This document shows positions 31,379 to 41,679 of a stretch of 64,000 bases of DNA, one piece after another. Positions within the stretch are counted from its first letter, which is position 1; every line of letters begins with the position of its first letter. The notes beneath the pieces were generated by a model that ran no database searches, was not told where the DNA came from, and was given only the letters and a program-made list of their open reading frames with translations. Origin of the DNA: a virus; IMG/VR virus record IMGVR_UViG_3300047483_000537, positions 32,600 to 96,599 of that record; one strand, written 5' to 3'. The translations under genes and the position numbers were made by a program.

Positions 31379-31786
31379 TTACTTGTTCGCTGAAAAGTTT
31401 CCCAGGTCTGTTACCTGTTCACTAATAAACGAGTCAAAGTTTGAGGAATTCTTCATTAAGTAAAGAGCATTTTCTTCTGAATACTCTAATTCAGCATCCG
31501 AATCTTGTCCCGATAAATCAACCGGAGCTAGTTGTTCAAGATACTTTAATTTTAATCCGGTCCAGCCTTTTACTGCGCTTTTAACATAAAGTTCTAAGAA
31601 CAGCTCGTCGTTTAATTCTTCGATTGGTTGACGATTTTTAAAGCTGGTTTTAGTTGACTTTTTGCGAATTGTTTGTAGCGTTTCGCGAGACAAAAAAGCA
31701 ATCTGAATCTTGAATTCAGGCATCCCTGGATACTCTACTTCAAGGGCTTTTGATGGAACAAGCAGATTTTTTAAGGAAAGTGACAT
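31379..31786 (-). CDS. tail assembly chaperone (gpG-like)
   Basis: Between tail tube and tape measure; VKGWTGLK; slippery heptamer near the 3' end. Confidence 0.85.
   Translation of the reverse strand: MSLSLKNLLVPSKALEVEYPGMPEFKIQIAFLSRETLQTIRKKSTKTSFKNRQPIEELNDELFLELYVKSAVKGWTGLKLKYLEQLAPVDLSGQDSDAELEYSEENALYLMKNSSNFDSFISEQVTDLGNFSANK
31397..31403 (-). other. -1 programmed ribosomal frameshift site GGGAAAC
   Basis: G GGA AAC; the -1 frame reads KLFSEQVTVIKDQLRRYYQNLDIHMSKDAY without a stop into ORF 31008-31328. Confidence 0.85.
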
Positions 31787-31863
31787 ATGTAATATTTTTT
31801 ATAGTTCAGGTAAGAAAAAAGCGGTACCGGGGATCAGCCGGTACCTTGAAAACTACTTGCTAA

Positions 31864-33000
31864 TTAAGCAGCGTTAGTAGTGTAGTAACGAACTTCAAGT
31901 TCGTTAGCAGAACCAATTTCAAACGCTCCGCTAGCAGAGCCTTGAGCTGTGAAGTTAATTGTTGTAGAAATAACTTGTTCAGTTGCAACAGTTGGAATTG
32001 TTAATACTGCAGCCGGCATTTCGAACTCAACACGAGTAGCATTTGCAGCACCACCAACTTCTAGTTGTACAGAGAATGCTGGGTCTACGTCTGTTGTGCT
32101 ACCTGCTAACATATCTGCTAACAAGCCAGCACTGTTAGTACTACCTGCACGTAAGTAGCAATTTAAGCTACCTGAAATAGCACGAGTACCTGTAAAGTAT
32201 GTGAATGGACGGTTAACAACACCTAGGTTAGCTGGTGTTAAGTAAGTTAGGTTGTTGGCAATTGTTAAGTTACCGCCTGTGATAGCTACGTTGTAAGTAG
32301 TACCTGTACCGTCGATCTCTTTCTTTAGGGTTAGAGTGCTCAACTTGTTGGCAATAAACGGAGCAGTAGTATTTTTACCTTTAGCAGTTCCAGTTAGTCC
32401 ACCACCAAATGTTACTGTTGCGCCTGTGGTAGCTGTTAGACCTGCGATTTGGCGCAAGATAGCACCTTTACCAGCCCAAGCAACCATAGCAATAGCATCT
32501 AGGCCAAAATCAACTGTTGCTGAATCAAGAGCACAGTTGTCGATAATGTAGCTAACGCCGTCAATAACAATGATTAGACCAAATTTTTGTAATTGGTGAC
32601 TGTTAGAATTACCAGCAACTAGAGTAGCGGCACTAGTACCTTCTGCCCAAGCTGCATTTGTACCACCAATAGGGTCTGTGGCAAACAGTGCGTTCCATAG
32701 TACTGATTCTTCACAAGTGATATTTACGCCACCGTCGGCAGGACGCATGTATGTGCTCATGGAGAAATCAACTGGTTCTAGTGCAGTATTAAAACTACGC
32801 TGACCACGAACAGGTGCTGCACCTGCTTCTGTTAGAGTAACTGTTTCAGCAGTTGTATTTTGACTAAAACTAAATCCATCCAGAACCTGGATTTCACGAG
32901 TATTAGTTGCATCGAAGCCTGAACCGGCTACTACACCTGTTTCCGCATTTACGTTAGTCGTGAAAAATACGCGACTATTACGAATTAAATTAAATGACAT
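31864..33000 (-). CDS. major tail tube protein
   Basis: NLIRNSRVF, EIQVLDGFSFSQ, FTGTRAISGSL resemble T5 pb6; position in the tail module. Confidence 0.85.
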   Translation of the reverse strand: MSFNLIRNSRVFFTTNVNAETGVVAGSGFDATNTREIQVLDGFSFSQNTTAETVTLTEAGAAPVRGQRSFNTALEPVDFSMSTYMRPADGGVNITCEESVLWNALFATDPIGGTNAAWAEGTSAATLVAGNSNSHQLQKFGLIIVIDGVSYIIDNCALDSATVDFGLDAIAMVAWAGKGAILRQIAGLTATTGATVTFGGGLTGTAKGKNTTAPFIANKLSTLTLKKEIDGTGTTYNVAITGGNLTIANNLTYLTPANLGVVNRPFTYFTGTRAISGSLNCYLRAGSTNSAGLLADMLAGSTTDVDPAFSVQLEVGGAANATRVEFEMPAAVLTIPTVATEQVISTTINFTAQGSASGAFEIGSANELEVRYYTTNAA

Positions 33001-33078
33001 ATTTCATTTCCTTTTTAGTTTGGCATCTAGGTGCACTAACTAGACATTTATCTGTTGTTGGCACTTTGATGCAGAATC

Positions 33079-33516
33079 TTACATAATCTGGTATCGGACC
33101 TGTAAGTTAATTTCTCCGACCGCATAAGGGGCTAATAGCCCTTCATCAGTTGTTATAGACTGAATTAAGATTTCGGTGGTCTCGTAGCTTTTTTCTGTGT
33201 CGTAGATTAATGAACGGTTGTTGTCTATGCAATGTTCAATATCTTCTAACAGATTTTCTAGCTCTAGCTGAGCTTCTTCGCCTTTGCAGTATACTTTTAC
33301 GCAAACGCCAAGGTATCCCCAAGCAAAAGCGCCTGGCAAATATTCTCGCTGCTCGCTTCCAGGAGTCAAGTAAACACTTGGAAAGTCTTCTACTTCGTCC
33401 CAGAATTTTAGTTTAGCATAAGCGTTGTTAAACAAGTTAACTTGGTAAGGGGCACTACCATCTATTAGTTTTAACTTTTCGGTTAGTGCCTTAATAATGC
33501 TTGTTCTGCGACTCAT
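33079..33516 (-). CDS. tail terminator protein
   Basis: KFWDEVEDFPSV, ITTDEGLLAPY; T5-like gene order. Confidence 0.8.
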   Translation of the reverse strand: MSRRTSIIKALTEKLKLIDGSAPYQVNLFNNAYAKLKFWDEVEDFPSVYLTPGSEQREYLPGAFAWGYLGVCVKVYCKGEEAQLELENLLEDIEHCIDNNRSLIYDTEKSYETTEILIQSITTDEGLLAPYAVGEINLQVRYQIM

Positions 33517-35066
33517 ATGGCAACTGCCCTCATTCTATTAATTGCTTGTTGTGCGGCAATTTCGCGAATTGATTTGCTTATCAACAATTTAGGGTCACGC
33601 GATTTAGGACTAGATTGTTTACCACCATCACTAAAAGTTGCATAAGGGTTCTTCATATAAGAGTAAAAAGCAGTGATCATACCTGCACGAGATTCGCTCA
33701 TATGCTCTACTTTTGCTGAGCTAGCAAACCTACCCGTACGATAATTCAATAAACTCTTGGAATTACCGTCACCCATATTAGCGCTAATTACATCTTGTAA
33801 CTGGCTATTAATAAGGTTCTGTAAACTAATTAAGCTGGTAACAGCTCGACTATTTATAGTCTTTCCTGATAAAGAAGGAGTTACTCCACCTTTGGAAGGT
33901 TTGGATAACTGAGTCTTTACTTTTGTTTTTGTAACCGTGGTTTTTTGGTCTATAGTAGTATTACTACTATAATCTTTGATCGGCTTCTTTCGAAGAGTGT
34001 TTAGTAAGGTTTCTTCTAAATATTTTATTGCTGACTTGGAAGTCTCTAGTTCAGCTAACAATCCTGGATTGTCACGAATTGTTTTTGTAAGACCTCGTCC
34101 TATACTAAAAGCTCGTTCAAGACGTGCTTTATATAAGTTATCTTCTTGTGTTTCTGGTACGCCTACAGCTAGTCCGTGTTCTATTAGTAACTCAAATACT
34201 AGCTTAGAGCTAGAGAATTTTTTACGAACCTTTACGCGAGTAGCCGCTTGACCGGTTTCTTTGCTAAACTTTAGCTGTAGCTTTTCGAAACTTTTAATAT
34301 CGTTTGGTAAAGTTACCAAAGCCTGTATAAGTCTTGGGCTATTTTGGCCTCGCATGACTTTTCGTTCAGTTTCACTTACAACGTCTACTTCTACGTGTCC
34401 TATGTTTTGTAGCTTTGCAAAGTTTTCATTTACAAATGCCAACATACGTGACTTTTCTGAACTATCAGCGCTAGCTTCTGATTTTACTAAACCACCAAAC
34501 ATACCACCAACAGCAGCTACCGGAGCTGAATCTTGTAGGTCTTTGGATTTAGCAACTAGGGCTGCTAGTTGTTTTTTGAATACTGCGCCAAAGTTAAGAG
34601 TAGTAAACTTTGGTAGAATTAGCATAACAGACTTATTCTTTTTAGTAACATTAGTTACTATCATTGTTCTGCTAAAATTATCTGTGATAGTTTTCTTAAC
34701 AGAGCCTATGTCTGCATTACTTAGAGTAGTTAGTAAAGTATTTAACTCAGCTTGATCTATACGCACATATCTACTGTTACTACCATAATCATTAATTGTA
34801 GCGACATAAGCTTTATCTAGTAACTTAATTATTATATCTGAAACATCTCTGGTTTGAGATACTGCTAGTGCTAACTCTTGAATATACGGTTTACTCTTTG
34901 CAAGAATTCGTTCCCGTATTAGGCCTATTTCTAGCCACAACACAAAAGGTGTATTAGCATCTATATAGTCACGAAAGTCCGTGTTTTGTTTAGACAAATA
35001 GTCTTGTATGTTACTGTGATCTTCTTTTACTAGCTTACGCACCCATGTAGGTGTATAAAATGACAT
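33513..35066 (-). CDS. tail completion / neck protein with long N-terminal region
   Basis: C-terminal LNYRTGRFASS...YMKNPYATF...RDPKLLISKSIREIA; gene order. Confidence 0.6.
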   Translation of the reverse strand: MSFYTPTWVRKLVKEDHSNIQDYLSKQNTDFRDYIDANTPFVLWLEIGLIRERILAKSKPYIQELALAVSQTRDVSDIIIKLLDKAYVATINDYGSNSRYVRIDQAELNTLLTTLSNADIGSVKKTITDNFSRTMIVTNVTKKNKSVMLILPKFTTLNFGAVFKKQLAALVAKSKDLQDSAPVAAVGGMFGGLVKSEASADSSEKSRMLAFVNENFAKLQNIGHVEVDVVSETERKVMRGQNSPRLIQALVTLPNDIKSFEKLQLKFSKETGQAATRVKVRKKFSSSKLVFELLIEHGLAVGVPETQEDNLYKARLERAFSIGRGLTKTIRDNPGLLAELETSKSAIKYLEETLLNTLRKKPIKDYSSNTTIDQKTTVTKTKVKTQLSKPSKGGVTPSLSGKTINSRAVTSLISLQNLINSQLQDVISANMGDGNSKSLLNYRTGRFASSAKVEHMSESRAGMITAFYSYMKNPYATFSDGGKQSSPKSRDPKLLISKSIREIAAQQAINRMRAVAI

Positions 35067-35632
35067 TACGTATAGTCCGCCACATATAAATCTAGTACGC
35101 GCTTGATATGTGCGGGGAAATTAGTGTTCATGATATATTCTAGTTGAACACTACCGCCCCCACCAGGAGTACGATTGTTGTGTACTGAGCCATCGTTTTT
35201 GCGATAATAAGTAACCAAGTCCATTACGGCTAGTTTTAAATCTTCCGGTACTGCTTCGTAACCTGCAAAATAAGTGACCTTGTATCCATTTACATAAGGC
35301 TTGAATCCTTGTGGATTAATAGCAACTACGTAGTCGCCACTTGTTGCCCAATCTGTGAACTTTGTTAGCTTAGTATAAGTTTGACCATAATCTAAGCTTT
35401 GCTGAACAGATATTACATTTGTAACTGGAGTTTCTTTTAGTAGTAAACTTCCAAAACCTCCGTCAAATACCTCAGTGCGTGCTTCGTCGTAATAGTCTAC
35501 AAACGTACGGCGGCAGTAGCTTTTCACTAACTGCGATACTTTGGGAATAATTATGTCGATTTCTGCATCTTGATTTGTGCTGGAGATATTGGCATATGCT
35601 TTGTATTCTGCACGTGTAGTTAGATTTGCCAT
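35066..35632 (-). CDS. head completion / head-tail adaptor
   Basis: YKVTYFAGYEAVPEDLKLA, FPAHIKRVLDLY; downstream of the capsid gene. Confidence 0.8.
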   Translation of the reverse strand: MANLTTRAEYKAYANISSTNQDAEIDIIIPKVSQLVKSYCRRTFVDYYDEARTEVFDGGFGSLLLKETPVTNVISVQQSLDYGQTYTKLTKFTDWATSGDYVVAINPQGFKPYVNGYKVTYFAGYEAVPEDLKLAVMDLVTYYRKNDGSVHNNRTPGGGGSVQLEYIMNTNFPAHIKRVLDLYVADYT

Positions 35633-35645
35633 TAATATACCTCAT

Positions 35646-35704
35646 TTGTTTTATAAGTGCACCTAATGCACTTATAAAACAAGACCCCGAAGGATCTTGT
35701 TTAT
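35646..35704. terminator. overlapping hairpins after the capsid gene
   Basis: TTGTTTTATAAGTGCA-CCTAA-TGCACTTATAAAACAA perfect 16-bp stem plus an overlapping second hairpin. Confidence 0.65.
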
Positions 35705-35716
35705 AGTTTTAAACTA

Positions 35717-37645
35717 TTAAGCTACGTAACGTAGAGCTGAAACGCCAGCACCTAGGTTAGTTGTAACTTGAGTCATACCAGTACGTAGACTTGCAACCAT
35801 AACTTTACGTTGTGTTTCAACTAAGTCTTGTGTATCGATACGTAGACCGCGTTGGTTACCAACGATGAAGTTACCTGGGTTCAAGCAGATAGCACCAGCT
35901 GCACCAGCAGCCTTGTCTTCGAATTCAGCACTTACGATAACTGGAGTGTTACCAACTGCACCGATTTGACCAGTTAATAGAGTGGCTTGGTTACCAACTT
36001 TGTCAACTGTTAGGAAGCTTGCGTCTTCTAGTAGGTCGTAGTAGTTTTCTGTGCTTACGATGTAAACTAGTTCGCTTGGGTCTAGACCCCAGGCACCTAG
36101 GTCACGACGTAGTTGCTGTAGTTTAGCAACAGTCATTTTAGCTGCATCAGAGATGTCTAGAGTAACGGCGCTAACTGCGTCATAACCAACTAGACCTTTA
36201 ACTGGGTCGGAACCAGTACCTGCACCACGTAGCATAGCGCGATCAACAGCGCGAGCAACACGACGGATCATAGCGTCACGAACGATTGGAGCTAATGCGA
36301 TTAAGCTGTCTTCGTCTTCTTCATAAGCCATGTATTCGTTTGTAGCTACTTTGTACGCATTTAGAGTAATTTCTTTTAATGCGTGTGTATCTGTGTTACC
36401 AGCAGAAGCAGTTGTACCGAACGCTGTGTTAGCCATCCATGTAGCAACACCAGCTTCTGGGTTTACAGGAATAGTCATAACGTTAGTTTGCATCGCGATG
36501 TTGCGTAGGTTAGGAGCAACAACTAAACGACGGCGAACTTCAGATTCCATGTTTGTGGAAACTTCTAGCTCCCATGTAGCGCTTGGTAGGTGTGCGCCGT
36601 ACTTTTCAACCATTTCACGGCCAAATTTAGTACCTTCGATACCTTTACCAACCATCTTGGCTAGGATAACTGCTTTTTCTTTGTCTGCATAAGACATTTC
36701 ACCGGCTTTGCCGTCTGTGAATTGCATACGTGACTTAGTGATAGCTTCTAGCTCTTTTGATTTTTCAGCAATAGCGGCTTCTAGACCAGCTAGAGCGGAC
36801 TTGCTTGATTCTGCTTGTGCTTCTAGGCGCTTCTCAATATCAGCTAATAGGGCTTCTGCACCAGTAGTTGAAGGAGTAGCTAGAGCAACTGCGGCTTTAA
36901 CTTTAGCGTCGAATTCAGCGTCTGCAGCGGCTTTAGCAGCCTTTTCAGCAGCAGCTTTTTCTTGAGCAGCTAATAGAGATTTTGTGGCTTCTTGAGCAGC
37001 AGCATTAGCGGCGTCGGCCAACATTTTTTGTAATTGTTCTGGAGTCATTTCCAATTCCTTAATAGTTTCGCTGTTTGCTTCGCTGGAGGCTTCTAGCCCA
37101 TTAGCTGAGTCGCTTTTGCTTGCAAACTGCATTTTGAAAGATTTAAATTCTTCGGCCGTGTCAAACGCCTTAGAAAGACTAAATAGTGTATTTTGATTAG
37201 CTGGCACAGACACAACAGAAATTTCGTGTAGTTCCAGTTCTTTTACAACAAACAGCTCTAAGGCTGAATTATATTCCGCATCAACGATACGGAAACCAAT
37301 GCTAAAGGCGGTTAGCACGCCGTCTTTTACAAGATTGAAAACATCCTCAGCAGCAGCAGAGATACGGGCTTTTACATATAGGCCTTTTTCATCTACTTTA
37401 TGCTCAGTCATTCTACCAACAGGTTCACTGTGCTGATGGTATGCAAGAATTACCGGATTTTTCAAGTAATTTTTAATACCAGCTTCCCACACGCTTGCAG
37501 GAACAATGTCACCATGTCTGTCGACGTCATTGGTTGAAGCGTAACCTTCGATGATTACGCTATCAATTTTTCCGTCAGCAGTAGGTAGAGGTTCACTCTT
37601 AGTAAAAGAACTGTTTAAAAACAGAACTTTATTTTTATCTACCAT
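35717..37645 (-). CDS. prohead protease fused to scaffold and HK97-fold major capsid protein
   Basis: N-terminal IEGYAST, DRHGD, YHQH, FSIGF, EISVVSVPAN protease motifs; Ala-rich linker; capsid C-terminal domain. Confidence 0.9.
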   Translation of the reverse strand: MVDKNKVLFLNSSFTKSEPLPTADGKIDSVIIEGYASTNDVDRHGDIVPASVWEAGIKNYLKNPVILAYHQHSEPVGRMTEHKVDEKGLYVKARISAAAEDVFNLVKDGVLTAFSIGFRIVDAEYNSALELFVVKELELHEISVVSVPANQNTLFSLSKAFDTAEEFKSFKMQFASKSDSANGLEASSEANSETIKELEMTPEQLQKMLADAANAAAQEATKSLLAAQEKAAAEKAAKAAADAEFDAKVKAAVALATPSTTGAEALLADIEKRLEAQAESSKSALAGLEAAIAEKSKELEAITKSRMQFTDGKAGEMSYADKEKAVILAKMVGKGIEGTKFGREMVEKYGAHLPSATWELEVSTNMESEVRRRLVVAPNLRNIAMQTNVMTIPVNPEAGVATWMANTAFGTTASAGNTDTHALKEITLNAYKVATNEYMAYEEDEDSLIALAPIVRDAMIRRVARAVDRAMLRGAGTGSDPVKGLVGYDAVSAVTLDISDAAKMTVAKLQQLRRDLGAWGLDPSELVYIVSTENYYDLLEDASFLTVDKVGNQATLLTGQIGAVGNTPVIVSAEFEDKAAGAAGAICLNPGNFIVGNQRGLRIDTQDLVETQRKVMVASLRTGMTQVTTNLGAGVSALRYVA

Positions 37646-37660
37646 AATACCCCTTTGTGA

Positions 37661-38845
37661 TTATTCCTTAGCAGAGGCGGGACGTCCTCCAGTACTAGGA
37701 TTTGCTGCCGATCCAGCTATGTTAGCTGGAATTCGTAAGTCATCGTTACCAGCTTTGCTTTCATAACGTAGCTCTGTTCGAGCCTCGTTGGGGCTGATAA
37801 TCCCTGCATTTACCAGTGTTGAGTGGTAAGCTGCAATGTCTTTTAATTCAGGCTGTAGCGCACTCACAGAACTTGTGATAGCTTCTACATCGTATCCGAA
37901 GTAACGTTCAACAGCACTAATAAACTTACGATTAATTGGAAGAACAGTCTCCAAATAGAATAAACGTAAGTTAGGTGAGATGTTGGCGTTATTTCCGCCT
38001 TCTAACAAAATAGGTGGTACACCTATAGCTGTCATGATCTTTTCGCCATGAGTTTTGATTGAAACATCAAAATCCATGTCTTTGAAATTTGTTTGTGCTA
38101 GTGTATGTGGCTTTAATCCTGAATCCAGGATAACTGGACGCTTAGCACCTAGCTTGGTGTTGTATTTTTGTAACCAATACTGAATTGTTTTTTCCTTGGC
38201 TATCTGGCTCAAGGTATTTTCAGTTGTTAGTACTAAACCAAAGATAGCTCCGTTGTCAAAGAACGCTTCTTGAAATTGTTGCATAGAATATAAGATATTC
38301 ATGCTGCGTTCTGCTGGCTGCAGTCTTGATGCACCACGATAAATTGAGTCTGAACTCAAATCGCGGAAATAAAACACTTCGTCTTCTTTAAAATCCACCG
38401 CTCCGTTGTAGCGAAAGCCGCGAATAAATGTTTTTGAGTCTGTTAGGATTTCTACATTGGAGGCTGGTAGGTGATACATAAAAATACCATCAAAATGCAC
38501 AAAGGCATTACCTTCCAAAATAAAATCCGTAAAGAGTGCAGTACGAAAGTCCTGTGCGCTCTGGTACGGATTAGGGCGGAAGTTAAGTAATGTGTTCAAT
38601 GTCTTTTGACGAACACCTACAACAACTCCGTCATGTACCTTGTCTTTGATATCGTAATCAAGACTGCTACATGCGCTAGCCAATAGGTTAACAGGTCTGT
38701 TAACAGATTCTAGCTTTTTAAATGCCTGAAGGTAAGCAAGTTTGGCTTCTGTGCCAACTTGAGACCCTTCGGCTTCTGCAATTCGGGTTTGTGCCGGATT
38801 CAACTTTTCTCGTATGTTGTTCCAACCTTTTGCGATCCAGTTCAT
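37661..38845 (-). CDS. portal protein
   Basis: LLNFRPNPYQS, EGNAF, FFDNGA, GVPPILL, GIISPNEAR. Confidence 0.93.
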   Translation of the reverse strand: MNWIAKGWNNIREKLNPAQTRIAEAEGSQVGTEAKLAYLQAFKKLESVNRPVNLLASACSSLDYDIKDKVHDGVVVGVRQKTLNTLLNFRPNPYQSAQDFRTALFTDFILEGNAFVHFDGIFMYHLPASNVEILTDSKTFIRGFRYNGAVDFKEDEVFYFRDLSSDSIYRGASRLQPAERSMNILYSMQQFQEAFFDNGAIFGLVLTTENTLSQIAKEKTIQYWLQKYNTKLGAKRPVILDSGLKPHTLAQTNFKDMDFDVSIKTHGEKIMTAIGVPPILLEGGNNANISPNLRLFYLETVLPINRKFISAVERYFGYDVEAITSSVSALQPELKDIAAYHSTLVNAGIISPNEARTELRYESKAGNDDLRIPANIAGSAANPSTGGRPASAKE

Positions 38846-38853
38846 GGTTTTCC

Positions 38854-39285
38854 CTATATAAATCTCGCGAAAAATGAACTGTGGTTAGAGTGTGCAACAA
38901 ACTTATCACCTGAAACGTGCTTCTCACGCTGTAATTCAATCCAACGTTGCTGCTTAGGTTCGGAACCTGGTTGTGGAGCTTTCCCGTAAATGGAATGAAG
39001 TGCTACATGATGGGGATTACATAGGGTGTAAACCTTTTCATACAGCTCTATTTTATGCTCTGCAATAAATTCGTCACGAACAGCTAAAATGCCTTCGTCA
39101 GTTGATATGTCGTAACCTTTTCTATCAGCCCACGTCTCTAAGAGTATTGTGATTGAATGTAAATGGTGTAGTTCTAAGTCTTTTTCTGAATCACAGATAA
39201 AGCACATAGACTTTTTTTCGTATGCTGCCTTAGCACGGTCTCGTACCCATTTAACTGGGATACGTTTGTTTGTATTCTTGGCCAT
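38854..39285 (-). CDS. HNH endonuclease, T5-type nicking enzyme
   Basis: KWVRD...CFIC...LELHH...TLCNPHH..LHSIYG; lies between portal and terminase as in T5. Confidence 0.75.
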   Translation of the reverse strand: MAKNTNKRIPVKWVRDRAKAAYEKKSMCFICDSEKDLELHHLHSITILLETWADRKGYDISTDEGILAVRDEFIAEHKIELYEKVYTLCNPHHVALHSIYGKAPQPGSEPKQQRWIELQREKHVSGDKFVAHSNHSSFFARFI

Positions 39286-39314
39286 TTTTAGTTGGACCTT
39301 TTGTGATTACTAGT

Positions 39315-39343
39315 ATTATACAGCGTATGCATAAAAATGTCAA
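39315..39343 (-). promoter_or_regulatory. sigma70-type late promoter
   Basis: TTGACA-N17-TATAAT on the - strand. Confidence 0.8.
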
Positions 39344-39439
39344 TACCAGAATTTTTGTTGCAGTTCTGGCAAACGAACTTGAATTGCAAACGCAAATAGT
39401 GTATAATAGAATTATAAAGCAATTTACAGTATCACGCAA

Positions 39440-40726
39440 TTATAGCGTATAAGTATAAAGTGCATAGCGGATTGCATCGGCCATGTGAGAGTAGTCGTCA
39501 TGTTTTGGACGTTCTTTTTGTAGACCTTCTTTGTTATCCCAGCGGTACTGGTCAAACACAGCTAGTGCATGAGTGCAGTGTGGTGCTACTTTTAAGCGAT
39601 TTTGAGCTACCAGGGTTTGTACATAGGCAATACCAGGTAACACATCTTTTTTGGCCTTTGTGCTAGCAAGATCGTAGATGTATGCCAGGTCTGATGCAAA
39701 CTGTGCTGCAGCCGAGTCAATAAAAATGGTTTCTACACCCCAACGCGCACACAGTTCACGAAACGACTCTGCGTGTTCGGCAGTGGTAGCTTCATTTTTT
39801 AAATACTCGTCAACAATCCAAAACACATCACTGACAGCGTCATAAATAATTACCACAAATGCTGTGAAATCACGATAGCCAGGGTCACAGCCAGCAATAG
39901 CTTCGCCAGTTAACCCCATCGGAGGTTCGCAAACATCGGTTTCAGCCAGCGAGTAAATCTGACCCTCAAACACTGTAAACGATGCCAAGTATTCTTGTTC
40001 AAACTCAGCACGCGACATTGACTTGCGAGCTTCGCTAACATCCGACTCAGCCATGCGAGTGTTTTCGGAATAGTCAGCTTGTAAACTAACCCACTCAGGA
40101 AAGTTGGAATCAAAACCACGATTCCAAAATTGGCTAAACCAGTTGTTGCGACCACGCGGTGTGGAGATAAAAATTGCCTTGGAGTTAGGCTTGTCTAGTG
40201 TAGGACGTAGCGCAACGTTAAACGCGGCTTCGCCATCCGAACCAAGTGCAGCCTCGTCAAAGATGATTAAGTCATACGATCTACCAACGCACGAGTCCAC
40301 AGTTGATAAACTACCCATGCGAATAGTCGACCCATTGGATAATTCAATGATCTTGTCTTTTAGGTTATCACGCGATACTTCTAAGTCAAAGTGCTTGATC
40401 AGTTTGCGTTGCAGTTCAAAACTAATACCCGATAGGTTATAGTTTGGCGACATGATTAAAACATTGCAGCCGGGGACTAAACTGACAAGTTGACCAACCA
40501 CGTTGGCTATGTAGGTTTTGCCCAGTCTGCGTGCAAGTGCAGCGCAAACAAAACGGTACTTGGGATCGTTAACGGCGTTGATTAGTGCGATTTGGGGTCG
40601 GTTGATGGTTTCGTAGATACCTAAGAGCTTTAAGTAGTTGGTAATCGGCAGTTTGATAAATCGCGAATCCGCTGGGAACTCCTCGATCACATCACAGTTA
40701 ACGTCTGGACGAGAGATAGTTAGCAT
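39440..40726 (-). CDS. terL: terminase large subunit
   Basis: ARRLGKT Walker A, LIIFDEAA Walker B, ISTPRG, GCDPG, SHMADAIRY. Confidence 0.95.
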   Translation of the reverse strand: MLTISRPDVNCDVIEEFPADSRFIKLPITNYLKLLGIYETINRPQIALINAVNDPKYRFVCAALARRLGKTYIANVVGQLVSLVPGCNVLIMSPNYNLSGISFELQRKLIKHFDLEVSRDNLKDKIIELSNGSTIRMGSLSTVDSCVGRSYDLIIFDEAALGSDGEAAFNVALRPTLDKPNSKAIFISTPRGRNNWFSQFWNRGFDSNFPEWVSLQADYSENTRMAESDVSEARKSMSRAEFEQEYLASFTVFEGQIYSLAETDVCEPPMGLTGEAIAGCDPGYRDFTAFVVIIYDAVSDVFWIVDEYLKNEATTAEHAESFRELCARWGVETIFIDSAAAQFASDLAYIYDLASTKAKKDVLPGIAYVQTLVAQNRLKVAPHCTHALAVFDQYRWDNKEGLQKERPKHDDYSHMADAIRYALYTYTL

Positions 40727-41193
40727 TACTGTACATCCCCACTAATCAAGCGCGATATTAAATGTGAATACTTTGAGCCATCATCATTGATTTGCACATT
40801 GACTTGTTTGGTGGGCGCAGTTCCAGCACGCAATTTCTCCAATTGAATTTCACGGTCTAATAAATCCATTGACATTTTATGCGATATTTGTAATAACTCA
40901 GCAATGTCTTTGGTCGAGCCCGTTTGCGATTCATGCAGCTCTTGAAACTTTTGCTTGATTAGTGCGTCCATGGCCGCGCGCATTTCAAAACGGTTGTTGA
41001 AGCCCATATCCATAAACACATGGTCAACGTATGCACGCACTTCACGGCGTGATAAAATTTCGGTGACCAGTGTGGGTGGCAGGTCCAATTCATCGGCCAC
41101 ACGTTTTGCATCTTGTAGTTGCAAGTAGCAATTGGCTACTTCTAGGGCTTCTGGGGCAATTTGTACGGTTTCTGCAGGTAGGTGTTGTTGCAT
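40726..41193 (-). CDS. terS: terminase small subunit
   Basis: IAPEALEVANCYL, STKDIAELLQISHKM resemble T5 TerS; abuts terL; likely start MQQHLP. Confidence 0.8.
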   Translation of the reverse strand: MQQHLPAETVQIAPEALEVANCYLQLQDAKRVADELDLPPTLVTEILSRREVRAYVDHVFMDMGFNNRFEMRAAMDALIKQKFQELHESQTGSTKDIAELLQISHKMSMDLLDREIQLEKLRAGTAPTKQVNVQINDDGSKYSHLISRLISGDVQ

Positions 41194-41549
41194 AGTTTGA
41201 GTCCTTTGGGGCAATTATAACATGGGTGGGTGTTGGCGGTCAAGTGTGATAATTTTGTGGAGGTTTGCAGGGTTGGGGGTTGATTCGGGGCGGATGTGGG
41301 CGATTGTGGACGATTTGGGCAATTTAGGGTCACGTTGTGTGTTGGCACCGTGGGTGTTTTGGGATTTTTATTGTGTAGGCCGCGTGTGTGTGGGTGCCAT
41401 GGCGTGTGTGAAAACAAAGGTCTACTAACCGCCCCTGGTCTGTGAACCAAAGTATTCATAGGGTAAACACCTAGAAAATAATCTATCAAATGCTTGCACG
41501 ACTAAAAAATCCTGATATAATAGATACATCGCAACAAGGAAACGATAAC

Positions 41550-41645
41550 ATGAAAAAGATTAAAGAATTTTTGGACTTGGCACTCTGCATGGGTTGCATT
41601 GTCTTGCCTTTTGTGTTATACTTTGCTTTTGTGATGAAGCCTTGA
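41550..41645 (+). CDS. 31-aa membrane peptide (not in the ORF track)
   Basis: AAGGA SD, then MKKIKEFLDLALCMGCIVLPFVLYFAFVMKP*; first ORF after a TTGCAC/TATAAT promoter. Confidence 0.6.
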   Translation: MKKIKEFLDLALCMGCIVLPFVLYFAFVMKP

Positions 41646-41679
41646 TTTTCCCTTTCCCTTAACTTTTTAGGATTTTAAA

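Noticed and set aside
11881-37766. Many + strand ORFs opposite the late genes, e.g. 25179-25817, 34261-34755, 36330-36692
   Set aside because: Antisense shadow frames produced by the codon bias of the real - strand genes
41142-41489. ORFs 41142-41489 (-) and 41222-41428 (+)
   Set aside because: Low-complexity products of the G/T-skewed gap that overlap the terS promoter
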